Numbered from the stretch's first letter, positions 29,072 through 39,847 are shown. The stretch: 52,665 bases of DNA from Pseudomonadota bacterium (GCA_023389425.1 JAEWEK010000069.1:1-52665); one strand, 5' to 3'. A program made the numbers and translations. The notes: generated from the letters alone by a model not told the origin.

Positions 29072-29308
29072 ATGTACATGGTGTACTGGACCATTGTGGA
29101 GGAAGACGGGCATACGCCGCACCAGCGCGCGTTCGATACCAGCGAGATGGTGCCGGCGATGCAGTTCATGGAAGAGCTGCGCGCGCGCCAGCGCGGCGGC
29201 GAGGGCGTGCGTTTCGTCACCATGTGCTCGGAGCACCCGGACGTGGTCGGCCATCCCGGCGTCGACGTGACCGGACCTGGCTACAACTGGACGAAGCGGC
29301 GCCGCTAG
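29072..29308 (+). CDS. Small hypothetical protein (78 aa)
   Basis: GGAG RBS 7 nt upstream; host-like GC3 codon usage; ends YNWTKRRR. Confidence 0.7.
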   Translation: MYMVYWTIVEEDGHTPHQRAFDTSEMVPAMQFMEELRARQRGGEGVRFVTMCSEHPDVVGHPGVDVTGPGYNWTKRRR

Positions 29309-29309
29309 G

Positions 29310-29408
29310 ATTCTGCCGCTGGCGCATTCGGGCCAGCTGGCCTTGTCCATCGGCTTCTTTTGCATCATCCTGTCGATGTACGGCGGCGGATTCTCGACGG
29401 TGCCGGCC
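29310..29408 (+). pseudogene. Internal fragment of an OFA (oxalate/formate antiporter)-family MFS transporter gene
   Basis: Frame from 29310 reads ILPLAHSGQLALSIGFFCIILSMYGGGFSTVPA, matching the (F)CIILSMYGGGFAT(I/V)PAY segment of OFA-family MFS proteins; no start codon upstream of the matching segment; stop at 29424-29426. Confidence 0.72.
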
Positions 29409-29465
29409 TGCCCGAAACCTACGTGACCCTGCAGAAAGCGGCAGTACTGTTTAAATAAGAGTGAA

Positions 29466-29493
29466 CGTCGTTCCCGCGAAGGCGGGAACGACG
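29466..29493. repeat. Fully symmetric CGTC REP variant
   Basis: CGTCGTTCCCGC-GAAG-GCGGGAACGACG, a perfect 12-bp stem. Confidence 0.85.
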
Positions 29494-29517
29494 GAGTTTA
29501 TTTCAGAGATTGTGACC

Positions 29518-31211
<1,694 letters not shown>

Positions 31212-31215
<4 letters not shown>

Positions 31216-34004
31216 ATGCGATTACCCGAACCGTGCGCTTCGAGCTGAACGGCCGCGAGGTCGAGGCGATGGAGCACGAGACCATCATCGAAGTGGCGCA
31301 GCGCGAAGGCGTCGAGATCCCGCGCCTGTGCTACAAGGAAGGCATGGAGGCCGTCGGCAACTGCCGCTCATGCATGGTGGAGATCAACGGCGAGCGCATG
31401 CTCGCGCCATCCTGCTGCCGCCATCCATCGCAAGGCATGAAGGTGAGCACCGACAGCCCGCGCGCCGTCGCTGCCCAGAAGATGGTGCTGGAACTGCTGC
31501 TGTCGGATATGCCGGAAACCGAATACACGCGCCACAACGAAGTGGTCGAGTGGGCGGCCAGACTCGACGTGGGCAAGCCGCGCTTCGCGCCGACGCGCGC
31601 GCAACCGGTGGAAGACCAGACCCACGCCGCGATCGCGGTCAACCTCGACGCCTGCATCCAGTGCACGCGCTGCCTGCGCGCCTGCCGCGACGAGCAGGTC
31701 AACGACGTGATCGGCCTCGCATTCCGCGGCGAGGGTGCGACGATCGTGTTCGACCAGGACGACCCGATGGGCGCGTCCACCTGCGTGGCCTGCGGCGAAT
31801 GCGTGCAGGCTTGCCCGACCGGCGCCCTGATGCCGGCGCGCGGCGTCGCGCTCGAGGCGCCGGAGAAGAAGGTCGATTCGGTCTGCCCCTACTGCGGCGT
31901 CGGCTGCCAGCTGACCTACAACATCAAGGACAACAAGATCCTGTTCGTTGAAGGCCGCGACGGTCCGGCCAACCACGGCCGCCTGTGCGTCAAGGGCCGT
32001 TACGGCTTCGACTATGCCCACCATCCACATCGCTTGCGCACGCCGCTGATCCGCCGCGAGGGCATGCCGAAGAGCGGCGACTTCACGATGGACCCGGATC
32101 GCGTGATGGATGTGTTCCGCGAGGCGACCTGGGACGAAGCGCTGGCGCTGGCCGGCGGCTCGCTCAAGCGCATTCGCGACACCAAAGGCAAGCATGCGCT
32201 GGCCGGCTTCGGCTCGGCCAAGGGCAGCAACGAGGAAGCCTACCTGTTCCAGAAGCTCGTGCGCACCGGCTTCGGCAGCAATAACGTCGACCACTGCACG
32301 CGCCTGTGCCACGCCTCGTCGGTGGCGGCGCTGCTGGAAGGGATAGGCTCCGGCGCGGTATCGAACCCGGTGATGGACGTGACGCGCGCCGAGGTGGTGA
32401 TCGTCATCGGCGCCAACCCGACCGTCAACCACCCGGTCGCCGCCACGTGGATCAAGAACGCGGTCCGCGCCGGCACCAGGCTGGTCGTGTGCGACCCGCG
32501 CCGCTCGGACCTCGCGCGCCACGCCCACCGCTACCTGCAGTTCAAGCCGGATACCGACGTCGCCATGCTCAACGCCATGATGCATGTGATCGTCGCCGAG
32601 CGGCTGGTGGACAAGGACTTCATCGCCAGCCGCACCATCGGCTACGAGGAGCTGGAAAGGAACGTCGCCGGCTACAGCCCGGAAGCGATGGCGCCGATCT
32701 GCGGCATCGATGCCGAGACGCTGCGTTACGTGGCGCGCCTGTACGCCAGATCGAAGGGATCGATGATCTTGTGGGGCATGGGCGTGTCGCAGCACATCCA
32801 CGGCACCGACAACGCGCGCTGCCTGATCGCGCTGGCGCTGATGACGGGGCAGGTGGGCCGTCCCGGCACCGGCCTGCACCCGCTGCGCGGCCAGAACAAT
32901 GTGCAGGGCGCGTCCGACGCCGGCCTGATCCCGATGATGTATCCGGACTACCAGCGCGTCGACAACCCGGCGGCAAAGGCCAAGTTCGAGCAGGCCTGGG
33001 GCATGAAGCTGGACGACAAGCCGGGCCTGACGGTGGTCGAGATCATGGACGCCATCCATCACGGCGACATCCGCGGCATGTACATCATGGGCGAGAATCC
33101 GGCCATGTCCGACCCGGACGCCAACCATGCGCGCGCCGCGCTGGCAGCGCTCGACCACCTGGTGGTGCAGGACATCTTCCTGACCGAGACCGCTTACCTG
33201 GCCGATGTGGTCCTGCCTGCGTCCGCGTTCGCCGAGAAGACCGGCACCTTCACCAACACCGACCGGCTGGTGCAGTTGGGGCGCCAGGCGATCGACCCGC
33301 CGGGCGAGGCGAAGCAGGACCTGTGGATCATCCAGCAGATGGCGCGCAAGCTCGGGCTGGACTGGAACTACGGGCACGTCTCGGAAGTGTTCGACGAGAT
33401 GCGCCACGCGATGCCCAGCATCGGCGGCATCACCTGGGACCGGCTCGAGCGCGACGGCGCCATAGTCTATCCCTGCGTGAACGAGGGCGACGCCGGCCAG
33501 CCGGTGGTCTTCACCGAAGACTTCCCGCGCGAAGGCGGCCGTGCGCGCTTCGTCCCGGCCGACATCATCCCGGCCAACGAGCGTCCCGACGCCGAGTATC
33601 CGATGGTGCTGATCACCGGCCGCCAGCTCGAACACTGGCACACCGGCAGCATGACCCGCCGCACCGCCGTGCTGGATGCGCTGGAACCCGATCCGGTGGC
33701 GCTGGTGCATCCGCTGGACCTGGAACGCATGGGCGTGAAGCCGGGCGACGTCATCACCATCCAGTCGCGGCGTGGTGAAGTGGCGCTGTATGCGCGCGCC
33801 GACGACAGCTCGCCGGTGGGGGCGGTGTTCGTCCCCTTCTGCTACTACGAGGCAGCCATCAACCGCCTGACCAATCCTGCGCTCGACCCCTTCGGCAAGA
33901 TCCCTGAATTCAAATACTGCGCCATCCGCGTGACCGCGGGCGGGGAGGTGGCGCCGCAGGGTTCCTACGGTGGCGGCCAGGTTTTGGAGGGCATGGCACA
34001 ATAA
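31212..34004 (+). CDS. Formate dehydrogenase alpha subunit (Mo/W-bisPGD, Cys ligand; Fdh1A/FdwA type)
   Basis: N-terminal 2Fe-2S and 4Fe-4S motifs (CIQCTRC, CVACGECVQACP, CPYCGVGC), DHCTRLCHAS, PLRGQNNVQG, TGRQLEHWHTG, PEFKYCA; no signal peptide. Confidence 0.95.
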
Positions 34005-34009
34005 TAAGC

Positions 34010-34870
34010 ATGAGCTCCCAATACACGCCCCGCCACCGTCCGCTGCTGTCGAATGCGCAGGCCAGCCTCACGCACGAGGTGCTGGCCATCGACGAGCGTG
34101 GGCGCGAATCCACGATCTCGATCCCGGCCGAGCGACCGCTCACGGTCTACGTGGACAAGCGCGAGCTGGTCACCCTCATGACGCTCGGCGGCGCGCCGGA
34201 GGCGCTCACGCTGGGCTACCTGCGCAACCAGCGCCTCGTGCGTTCGATCGACGAGGTGCTATCGGTGCAGGTGGACTGGTCGGTCGATGCGGTGGCCGTC
34301 GTCACCCGCAACGGCATCGCCGACGTCGAGGAGCGCACCGCGAAGAAGGTGGTCACCACCGGCTGCGGCCAGGGCTCCGTGTTCGGCGGGCTGATGGACG
34401 AAGTGGACCGCATTACGCTGCCGGCGGACGCGCGGCTGACGCAGTCGGTGGTGTACCGCATCGTCGACACCATCCGCACCCAGCAATCGATCTACAAGCA
34501 GGCTGGCTCGGTGCATGGCTGCGCGCTGTTCTCCAACAGCGGCGAACTGCTGTACTTCATCGAGGACGTCGGCCGCCACAACGCGGTTGACGCCATCGCC
34601 GGCCTGATGTGGCTGGAGGGACTGGCAGGCGCGGACAAGGTCTTTTACACCACCGGCCGGCTCACCTCCGAAATGGTCATCAAGGGCGCGCAGATGGGCA
34701 TTCCCGTCCTGCTGTCGCGCTCCGGCACCACGCAGATGGGGCATATGGTCGCGCAGAAGGTCGGCATGTCGCTGCTGGCGCGATGCACGGGCAAGCACTT
34801 CCTGCTGCTGGCCGGGCACGAGCGGCTGGTATTCGAAACTGAACTGATGGAAGCGGCGCGCCTCGCGTAA
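34010..34870 (+). CDS. fdhD: Formate dehydrogenase accessory sulfurtransferase
   Basis: ERPLTVYV, TTGCGQG, GSVHGCAL, EDVGRHNAVD, TGRLTSEMV. Confidence 0.92.
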   Translation: MSSQYTPRHRPLLSNAQASLTHEVLAIDERGRESTISIPAERPLTVYVDKRELVTLMTLGGAPEALTLGYLRNQRLVRSIDEVLSVQVDWSVDAVAVVTRNGIADVEERTAKKVVTTGCGQGSVFGGLMDEVDRITLPADARLTQSVVYRIVDTIRTQQSIYKQAGSVHGCALFSNSGELLYFIEDVGRHNAVDAIAGLMWLEGLAGADKVFYTTGRLTSEMVIKGAQMGIPVLLSRSGTTQMGHMVAQKVGMSLLARCTGKHFLLLAGHERLVFETELMEAARLA

Positions 34871-35577
34871 TGGGCCTGCTCGACGCCACCGGCAATGCGT
34901 TCGTACTGCTGTTCACCGGCGACGCGGCGCTGTGGAATATCGTCTGGGTCTCGCTCAAGACCAGCGTGGCCGGGCTGCTGCTGGCGACGCCTCCTGCGGT
35001 CGCCATCGGCTACCTCATTGCGATGCATCGCTTTCCGGGGCGGCGCATCGCGATCTGGCTGGCGCAGGCGTCGCTGTCGCTGCCGACCGTGCTGGTCGGC
35101 TTGCTGCTGTATCTGCTGCTGTCGCGGCACGGTGTGCTCGGCGGCCTGCAATGGCTGTTCACGCAGCCTGGCATCGTGTTGGGCCAGTTCGTGATCGCGA
35201 TCCCGGTCCTGCTGGCGTTCACGCTGGCGGCGGTGCAGGCGGCCGATCCACGCTATGCCGAAACCGCGATCTCGCTCGGCGCTTCACACTGGCGCATCAT
35301 GACGACGCTGCTGTACGAGGTGCGCTACGGCGTGATGGCGGCGGTGATCAGCGGCTTCGGCCGCGTAATCTCCGAAGTCGGATGTGCGCTCATGGTCGGC
35401 GGGAATATCGAAAGCCAGACCCGCACCATCACCACCGCAATCGCGCTCGAAACGAGCAAGGGTGAATTCGCCCAGGGCATCGCGCTCGGCATCGTGCTGG
35501 TGACGCTCGCGCTGCTGATGAACGGCGCGCTGATGCTGCTGCAGGGCGAAGCCCACATGGCGCGAGGCCACGCGTGA
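34870..35577 (+). CDS. tupB: Tungstate ABC transporter permease
   Basis: LPTVLVGL, FGRVISEVGCALMVGGNI, TRTITTAIALETSKG. Confidence 0.88.
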   Translation: MGLLDATGNAFVLLFTGDAALWNIVWVSLKTSVAGLLLATPPAVAIGYLIAMHRFPGRRIAIWLAQASLSLPTVLVGLLLYLLLSRHGVLGGLQWLFTQPGIVLGQFVIAIPVLLAFTLAAVQAADPRYAETAISLGASHWRIMTTLLYEVRYGVMAAVISGFGRVISEVGCALMVGGNIESQTRTITTAIALETSKGEFAQGIALGIVLVTLALLMNGALMLLQGEAHMARGHA

Positions 35578-36257
35578 GCGCGCTGCTGCTGGTGCAGGGG
35601 CTGCGCAAGCGCCATGGCGAGCGCCAGCTGCTCGACATCGACGAACTTGTGCTCGATGCTTCCAGCGCCTACGTACTCACTGGCGTGAACGGCGCCGGCA
35701 AGAGCACGCTGCTGCGCATCCTCGCGGGGCTGGAGCGCGGCGAGTGCCGGCACGCCGAGTACGAAGGCCGCCCGGTCAGCCTGCACCCTTATCCCGCCGT
35801 GATGCGGCGCGAAATCGTGTACGTGCATCAGCATCCGATCATGTTCTCGACCACGGTGGCGGACAATATCGCTTATGGCTTGCGTGCGCACGGTGTGGAC
35901 AAGTCGACGGTGGCGGCGCGTGCGGACGAGGCAATCGCCTGGGCGGGCGTGGAACATGCGCGCGACACGCATCCATCCAAACTGTCGGGAGGCGAAAAGC
36001 AGCGCGTGGCGCTGGCGCGCGCCAAGGTGCTGCGGCCCAAGCTGTTGCTGCTCGACGAGCCGACTGCGAATCTTGACGGGCCGGCGCGGGAACAGGTCAT
36101 CGCCCTGATCCCGACCCTGCTGGAGGCAGGGACCACCGCGGTGATGGCCTGCCACGACCGCGACCTGATCGGACTGCCTGGTGTACGGCGGCTGAAGCTG
36201 CGCGACGGACGAATCGAATATCGACCACAAAGAGGAGAGCACGATGAAACGCCGTAA
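35574..36257 (+). CDS. tupC: Tungstate ABC transporter ATP-binding protein
   Basis: GVNGAGKST, LSGGEKQR, LLDEPTANLD; lies between tupB and tupA. Confidence 0.85.
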   Translation: MSALLLVQGLRKRHGERQLLDIDELVLDASSAYVLTGVNGAGKSTLLRILAGLERGECRHAEYEGRPVSLHPYPAVMRREIVYVHQHPIMFSTTVADNIAYGLRAHGVDKSTVAARADEAIAWAGVEHARDTHPSKLSGGEKQRVALARAKVLRPKLLLLDEPTANLDGPAREQVIALIPTLLEAGTTAVMACHDRDLIGLPGVRRLKLRDGRIEYRPQRGEHDETP

Positions 36258-37050
36258 TCTGCTTGCAGTCCTGCTGTGCGCCACGCTTGCCAGCCCTCTG
36301 GCGCTGGCCCAGCAAGTCATTCGCATGTCCACGACGACCAGCACCGAGAACTCCGGCTTGCTCAAGTACCTGATCCCGATCTTCGAGGCCAAGACCGGGA
36401 CCAAGGTGAACATCATCGCGGTCGGCACCGGCAAGGCGCTCGAGCTTGGCAAGAACGGCGACGTCGACGTGTGCCTGGTCCATGCGCGCAAGCTGGAAGA
36501 CCAGTTCGTCGCCGAAGGCTGGGGCATCGACCGCCGCGACGTGATGTACAACGACTTCATCGTGGTCGGCCCGGCGTCCGACCCGGCGCACGTGAAGGGC
36601 ATGACCGACGTGATGGCGGCCTTCAGGAAGATCGCGGAGTCGAACGTGAAGTTCATTTCGCGCGGCGACAATTCGGGCACCGACGTGATGGAGAAAGCCT
36701 ACTGGAAGGACGTCGGCGCCAAGCCGGAGGGGACGAACTATGTGTCGGCCGGCCTGGGCATGGGCGAGGTGCTGAACATGGCGGCCGAGATGAACGCCTA
36801 CACGCTGACCGATCGCGCGACCTACGGCGCCTACAAGGCCAAGACCGGCCTGGCGATCCTGGTGCAGGGTGACAAGCGCATGTTCAACCCCTACGGGATC
36901 ATCGCCGTGAATCCGGCCAGGCACCCTGGTATCAACTACAAGGGCGCGACGCTGCTGATCAACTGGATCACGTCGCCGGAAGGGCAGGCGAAGATCGCGG
37001 CGTTCAAGCCGGACGGCGAGCAGCTGTTCTTCCCGGACGCGCAAAAATAA
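36244..37050 (+). CDS. tupA: Tungstate ABC transporter substrate-binding protein
   Basis: Signal peptide; TupA signature TTTSTENSGL; GTGKAL, VHA, MYNDF, SRGDNSGT. Confidence 0.9.
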   Translation: MKRRNLLAVLLCATLASPLALAQQVIRMSTTTSTENSGLLKYLIPIFEAKTGTKVNIIAVGTGKALELGKNGDVDVCLVHARKLEDQFVAEGWGIDRRDVMYNDFIVVGPASDPAHVKGMTDVMAAFRKIAESNVKFISRGDNSGTDVMEKAYWKDVGAKPEGTNYVSAGLGMGEVLNMAAEMNAYTLTDRATYGAYKAKTGLAILVQGDKRMFNPYGIIAVNPARHPGINYKGATLLINWITSPEGQAKIAAFKPDGEQLFFPDAQK

Positions 37051-37068
37051 CGCTGGCAGTACCAGGTT

Positions 37069-37099
37069 CGTCGTTCCAGCGCGGGCGGGAATCCCATTT
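37069..37099 (+). repeat. Single degenerate CGTC-type REP
   Basis: CGTCGTTCCAGCGCGGGCGGGAATCCCATTT after the tupA stop. Confidence 0.75.
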
Positions 37100-37152
37100 C
37101 AGACGAACAGCCGTGTAATATCCCCTCATTCAAAACAGATGAGGAACAAAGT

Positions 37153-37824
37153 GTGAACGTACTAATCTTCGGCGCCACCGGCATGGTCGGCCAGGGCGTG
37201 CTGCGCGAATGCCTGGCTGCGCCGGACGTGATGATGGTGAAGACCATCGGCCGCACGCCCACCGGCCAGCGCCACCTGAAACTGCGCGAGCTGGTGCACG
37301 CCGATATGTGGAGTTACGAAGGCATCGACGGCGAGCTGTCCGGCTTCGATGCCTGCTTCTTCTGCATCGGCGTCAGCTCAGGCGGCATGGACGAGAAAAA
37401 GTATACGCGCCTAACTTATGACCTGACGCTAGCCGCCGCGCGCAAGCTCGCCGAGCTGAATCCGCAGATGGTCTTCATCTACGTGTCTGGCTTTGGCGCG
37501 GACAGCACGGAAAAGAGCCGCGTGATGTGGGAACGCGTGCGCGGCAAGACGGAGAACGCCCTGCGCGCCCTGCCGTTCGAGTCGACCTATGTCTTCCGTC
37601 CCGGGATGATCCAGCCGCTGGACGGCATCAAGTCGAAGACGGCGTCGTATCGCATCTTCTACACGCTCACCAAGCCGATCCTGCCGCTGTTGCGCAAGGC
37701 ATTGCCGACGCTGATCCTGACGACCGCACAGGTTGGGCAAGCGATGCTAAATGCGGTTCGTCGAGGCGCGCCGAAGCCAGTGCTCGAATCGACGGACATC
37801 GCTTTACTCGCCGGACAAAAATAA
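37153..37824 (+). CDS. NAD(P)-binding epimerase/oxidoreductase (atypical SDR, YraR/TIP30-like)
   Basis: GAGG RBS and GTG start; FGATGMVG, DACFFCIGV, YVSGFGAD, RGKTEN, FRPG. Confidence 0.85.
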   Translation: MNVLIFGATGMVGQGVLRECLAAPDVMMVKTIGRTPTGQRHLKLRELVHADMWSYEGIDGELSGFDACFFCIGVSSGGMDEKKYTRLTYDLTLAAARKLAELNPQMVFIYVSGFGADSTEKSRVMWERVRGKTENALRALPFESTYVFRPGMIQPLDGIKSKTASYRIFYTLTKPILPLLRKALPTLILTTAQVGQAMLNAVRRGAPKPVLESTDIALLAGQK

Positions 37825-37831
37825 GCTTGGA

Positions 37832-38062
37832 CTAATTTGGCGTTGAACGCGGTGACTGTGCGGTGCGGGACGAGATAATCTTCTCCAACGCCATTGGATC
37901 GACCACCCAATCGGAATATTCCTCTTGGTTCATGCCAAGAAATTCCGACAACTGCTGTCCAGTCCCTGCCTGCCCAGAATGCCAGCGTTCGACGTAGTCA
38001 TCGATATCGCCGGGCGAAGCCAGCCCAGCAATGCAGAGCGATATGAAGTTTGGCTTATCCAT
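37832..38062 (-). CDS. Small acidic hypothetical protein; putative immunity/antitoxin of the upstream E3-like toxin
   Basis: GGGAG RBS 8 nt upstream; its ATG overlaps the toxin stop (ATGGATAA); 11 D/E versus 5 K/R; lower GC than flanks. Confidence 0.65.
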   Translation of the reverse strand: MDKPNFISLCIAGLASPGDIDDYVERWHSGQAGTGQQLSEFLGMNQEEYSDWVVDPMALEKIISSRTAQSPRSTPN

Positions 38063-38284
38063 GTAGTGATCTCCCTTTCACGGCCTGCTTGCTTAGCTTG
38101 CCTGTCAGCGGATCAAGTGCCCCAAGATGCCGCCCGCGCTTGTCAAATACTTCGATTTCGCCGTGGAGCGCGTCCCAAGTAAAGAAACGGTCTCGCCGAT
38201 AGTTTGTCCAGACCTGCTGCCATTGATAACTTTATGTTTGGCACAGCAGTCCAGAAAGCACGGTACGGGACGAGCTTTGGGCAT
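38055..38284 (-). pseudogene. Stand-alone colicin E3/cloacin DF13-type cytotoxic rRNase domain protein, split by a 1-nt frameshift
   Basis: ATG 38284 reads MPKARPVPCFLDCCAKHKVING. The -1 frame from 38219 reads QQVWTNYRRDRFFTWDALHGEIEVFDKRGRHLGALDPLTGKLSKQAVKGRSLHG*, matching ColE3 YEWDSQHGELEGY...GQHLGSFDPKTG. Confidence 0.8.
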
Positions 38285-38383
38285 CCTCTTCACCAGTTTA
38301 GCGAAAATGTGGAACGGGTAGCGCCAGGCGCAATCCGCACAGTCTGCCGGTACCGGGACAAGCGTGCCTTGAGCAAGATCTGA

Positions 38384-39847
38384 TCACATCAGAATGACGT
38401 CGTACTGCTCCTGGTGATACCCCTTCTCGACCTGCAGCGAGATCCGCTTGCCGATGAAGTCCCCCAGCATTGCCAGGTGCTGTGATTCCTCCTCGAGGAA
38501 CAGGTCGATCACTTCCTGCGAGGCGACGATGCGGAACTCGCGCGGGTTGAACTGCTTCGCTTCGCGCAGCAGCTCGCGCAGGATCTCGTAGCAGATGGTG
38601 CGCGAGGTTTTTACCTGGCCCTTGCCGCTGCAGGCCGGGCAGGGCTCGCACAGGATATGGGCCAGCGATTCGCGCGTGCGCTTGCGCGTCATCTCCACCA
38701 GTCCCAGCGCCGAGAAGCCGCTGACCGACACCTTGGTGCGGTCGCGCGCCAGCGCCTTCTTCAGCTCCGACAGCACCGCGTTGCGATGCTCGGTGTTTTC
38801 CATGTCGATGAAGTCGAGGATGATGATGCCGCCGAGGTTGCGCAGCCGGAGCTGGCGGGCGATCGCGTGCGCCGCTTCCAGGTTCGTCTTGAAGATCGTG
38901 TCCGCGAAATTGCGGCCGCCGACGAATCCGCCGGTGTTCACGTCGATCGTGGTCATCGCCTCGGTCTGGTCGACGATCAGGTAGCCGCCCGACTTGAGGT
39001 CGACGCGTCGGCCCAGCGCGCGCAGGATCTCTTCCTCGACGCCGTACAGGTCGAACAGCGGACGCTCGCCGGTGTAGTGCTGCAGGCGCGACAGCACCGA
39101 CGGCGTGTACACCTGAGCGAATTCGACCAGCTTGAGGTAGTTCTCGCGCGAGTCGACCTGGATGGTGGCGGTTTCGTCGTGCACGAAGTCGCGCAGCACG
39201 CGTTGCGACAGGCTCAGGTCCTGGTACAGCAGGCTGGTGGGCGGACGGGTGCGCGCGCCCTGCAGGATCGCGTTCCAGGTCTTGCGCAGGTAGTCGACGT
39301 CGGCCAGCAGGTCGGTGTCGGACGCTTCCTCGGCCATCGTGCGCACGATGTAGCCGCCTTTTTCTTCCGGCGGCAGCAGGCCTTGAAGGCGCGCGCGCAG
39401 CGCATCGCGGTCGGCTTCCTTTTCGATCTTCTGCGAGATGCCGATGTGGTTGTCCTGCGGAAGATACACCAGCATGCGGCCGGCGATGGATATCTGCGTG
39501 GACAGGCGCGCGCCCTTGGTGCCGATCGGATCCTTGATGACCTGGACCGTCAGCACCTGGCCGTCGAACAGCAGCTTTTCGATGGGCGTGGGCGGCGCAT
39601 TGCTGTTGTCGTGGCTGCGCGCTTCCCAGATGTCGGCGACGTGGAGGAAGGCCGCGCGTTCGAGGCCGATGTCGATGAAGGCCGACTGCATCCCCGGCAG
39701 CACCCGCACCACCTTGCCGAGGTAGACGTTCCCGGCCAGCCCGCGCGTGAGCGTGCGTTCGATGTGCAGTTCCTGAACGGCGCCCTGCAGCACCAGCGCG
39801 ACGCGGGTCTCTTGCGGGGTGATGTTGATAAGGATGTCTTCGTTCAT
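38384..39847 (-). CDS. rng: Ribonuclease G
   Basis: ILINITPQETRVA, S1 domain GNVYLGKVVRVLPGMQSAF, TTIDVNTG, RNLGGIIILDFIDM, CPACSGKG; start MNED at 39847. Confidence 0.96.
   Translation of the reverse strand: MNEDILINITPQETRVALVLQGAVQELHIERTLTRGLAGNVYLGKVVRVLPGMQSAFIDIGLERAAFLHVADIWEARSHDNSNAPPTPIEKLLFDGQVLTVQVIKDPIGTKGARLSTQISIAGRMLVYLPQDNHIGISQKIEKEADRDALRARLQGLLPPEEKGGYIVRTMAEEASDTDLLADVDYLRKTWNAILQGARTRPPTSLLYQDLSLSQRVLRDFVHDETATIQVDSRENYLKLVEFAQVYTPSVLSRLQHYTGERPLFDLYGVEEEILRALGRRVDLKSGGYLIVDQTEAMTTIDVNTGGFVGGRNFADTIFKTNLEAAHAIARQLRLRNLGGIIILDFIDMENTEHRNAVLSELKKALARDRTKVSVSGFSALGLVEMTRKRTRESLAHILCEPCPACSGKGQVKTSRTICYEILRELLREAKQFNPREFRIVASQEVIDLFLEEESQHLAMLGDFIGKRISLQVEKGYHQEQYDVILM

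Noticed and set aside
29310..29445. Possible Moco/Wco riboswitch upstream of the fdh-tup operon (CTGCCGCT...AGCGGCAG closing stem)
   Set aside because: I could not recognise the conserved Moco-RNA elements, and the stretch is better explained as an MFS coding relic; an Infernal search would settle it
36244..36270. Twin-arginine (KRRNLL) Tat signal in TupA
   Set aside because: Only a partial match to S/T-R-R-x-F-L-K; an ordinary Sec signal explains it equally well
38105..38293. 62-aa ORF MKRMPKARP... as an independent gene
   Set aside because: Only its first ~22 codons after the ATG look genuine; the rest is out-of-frame read-through of the frameshifted E3-like toxin
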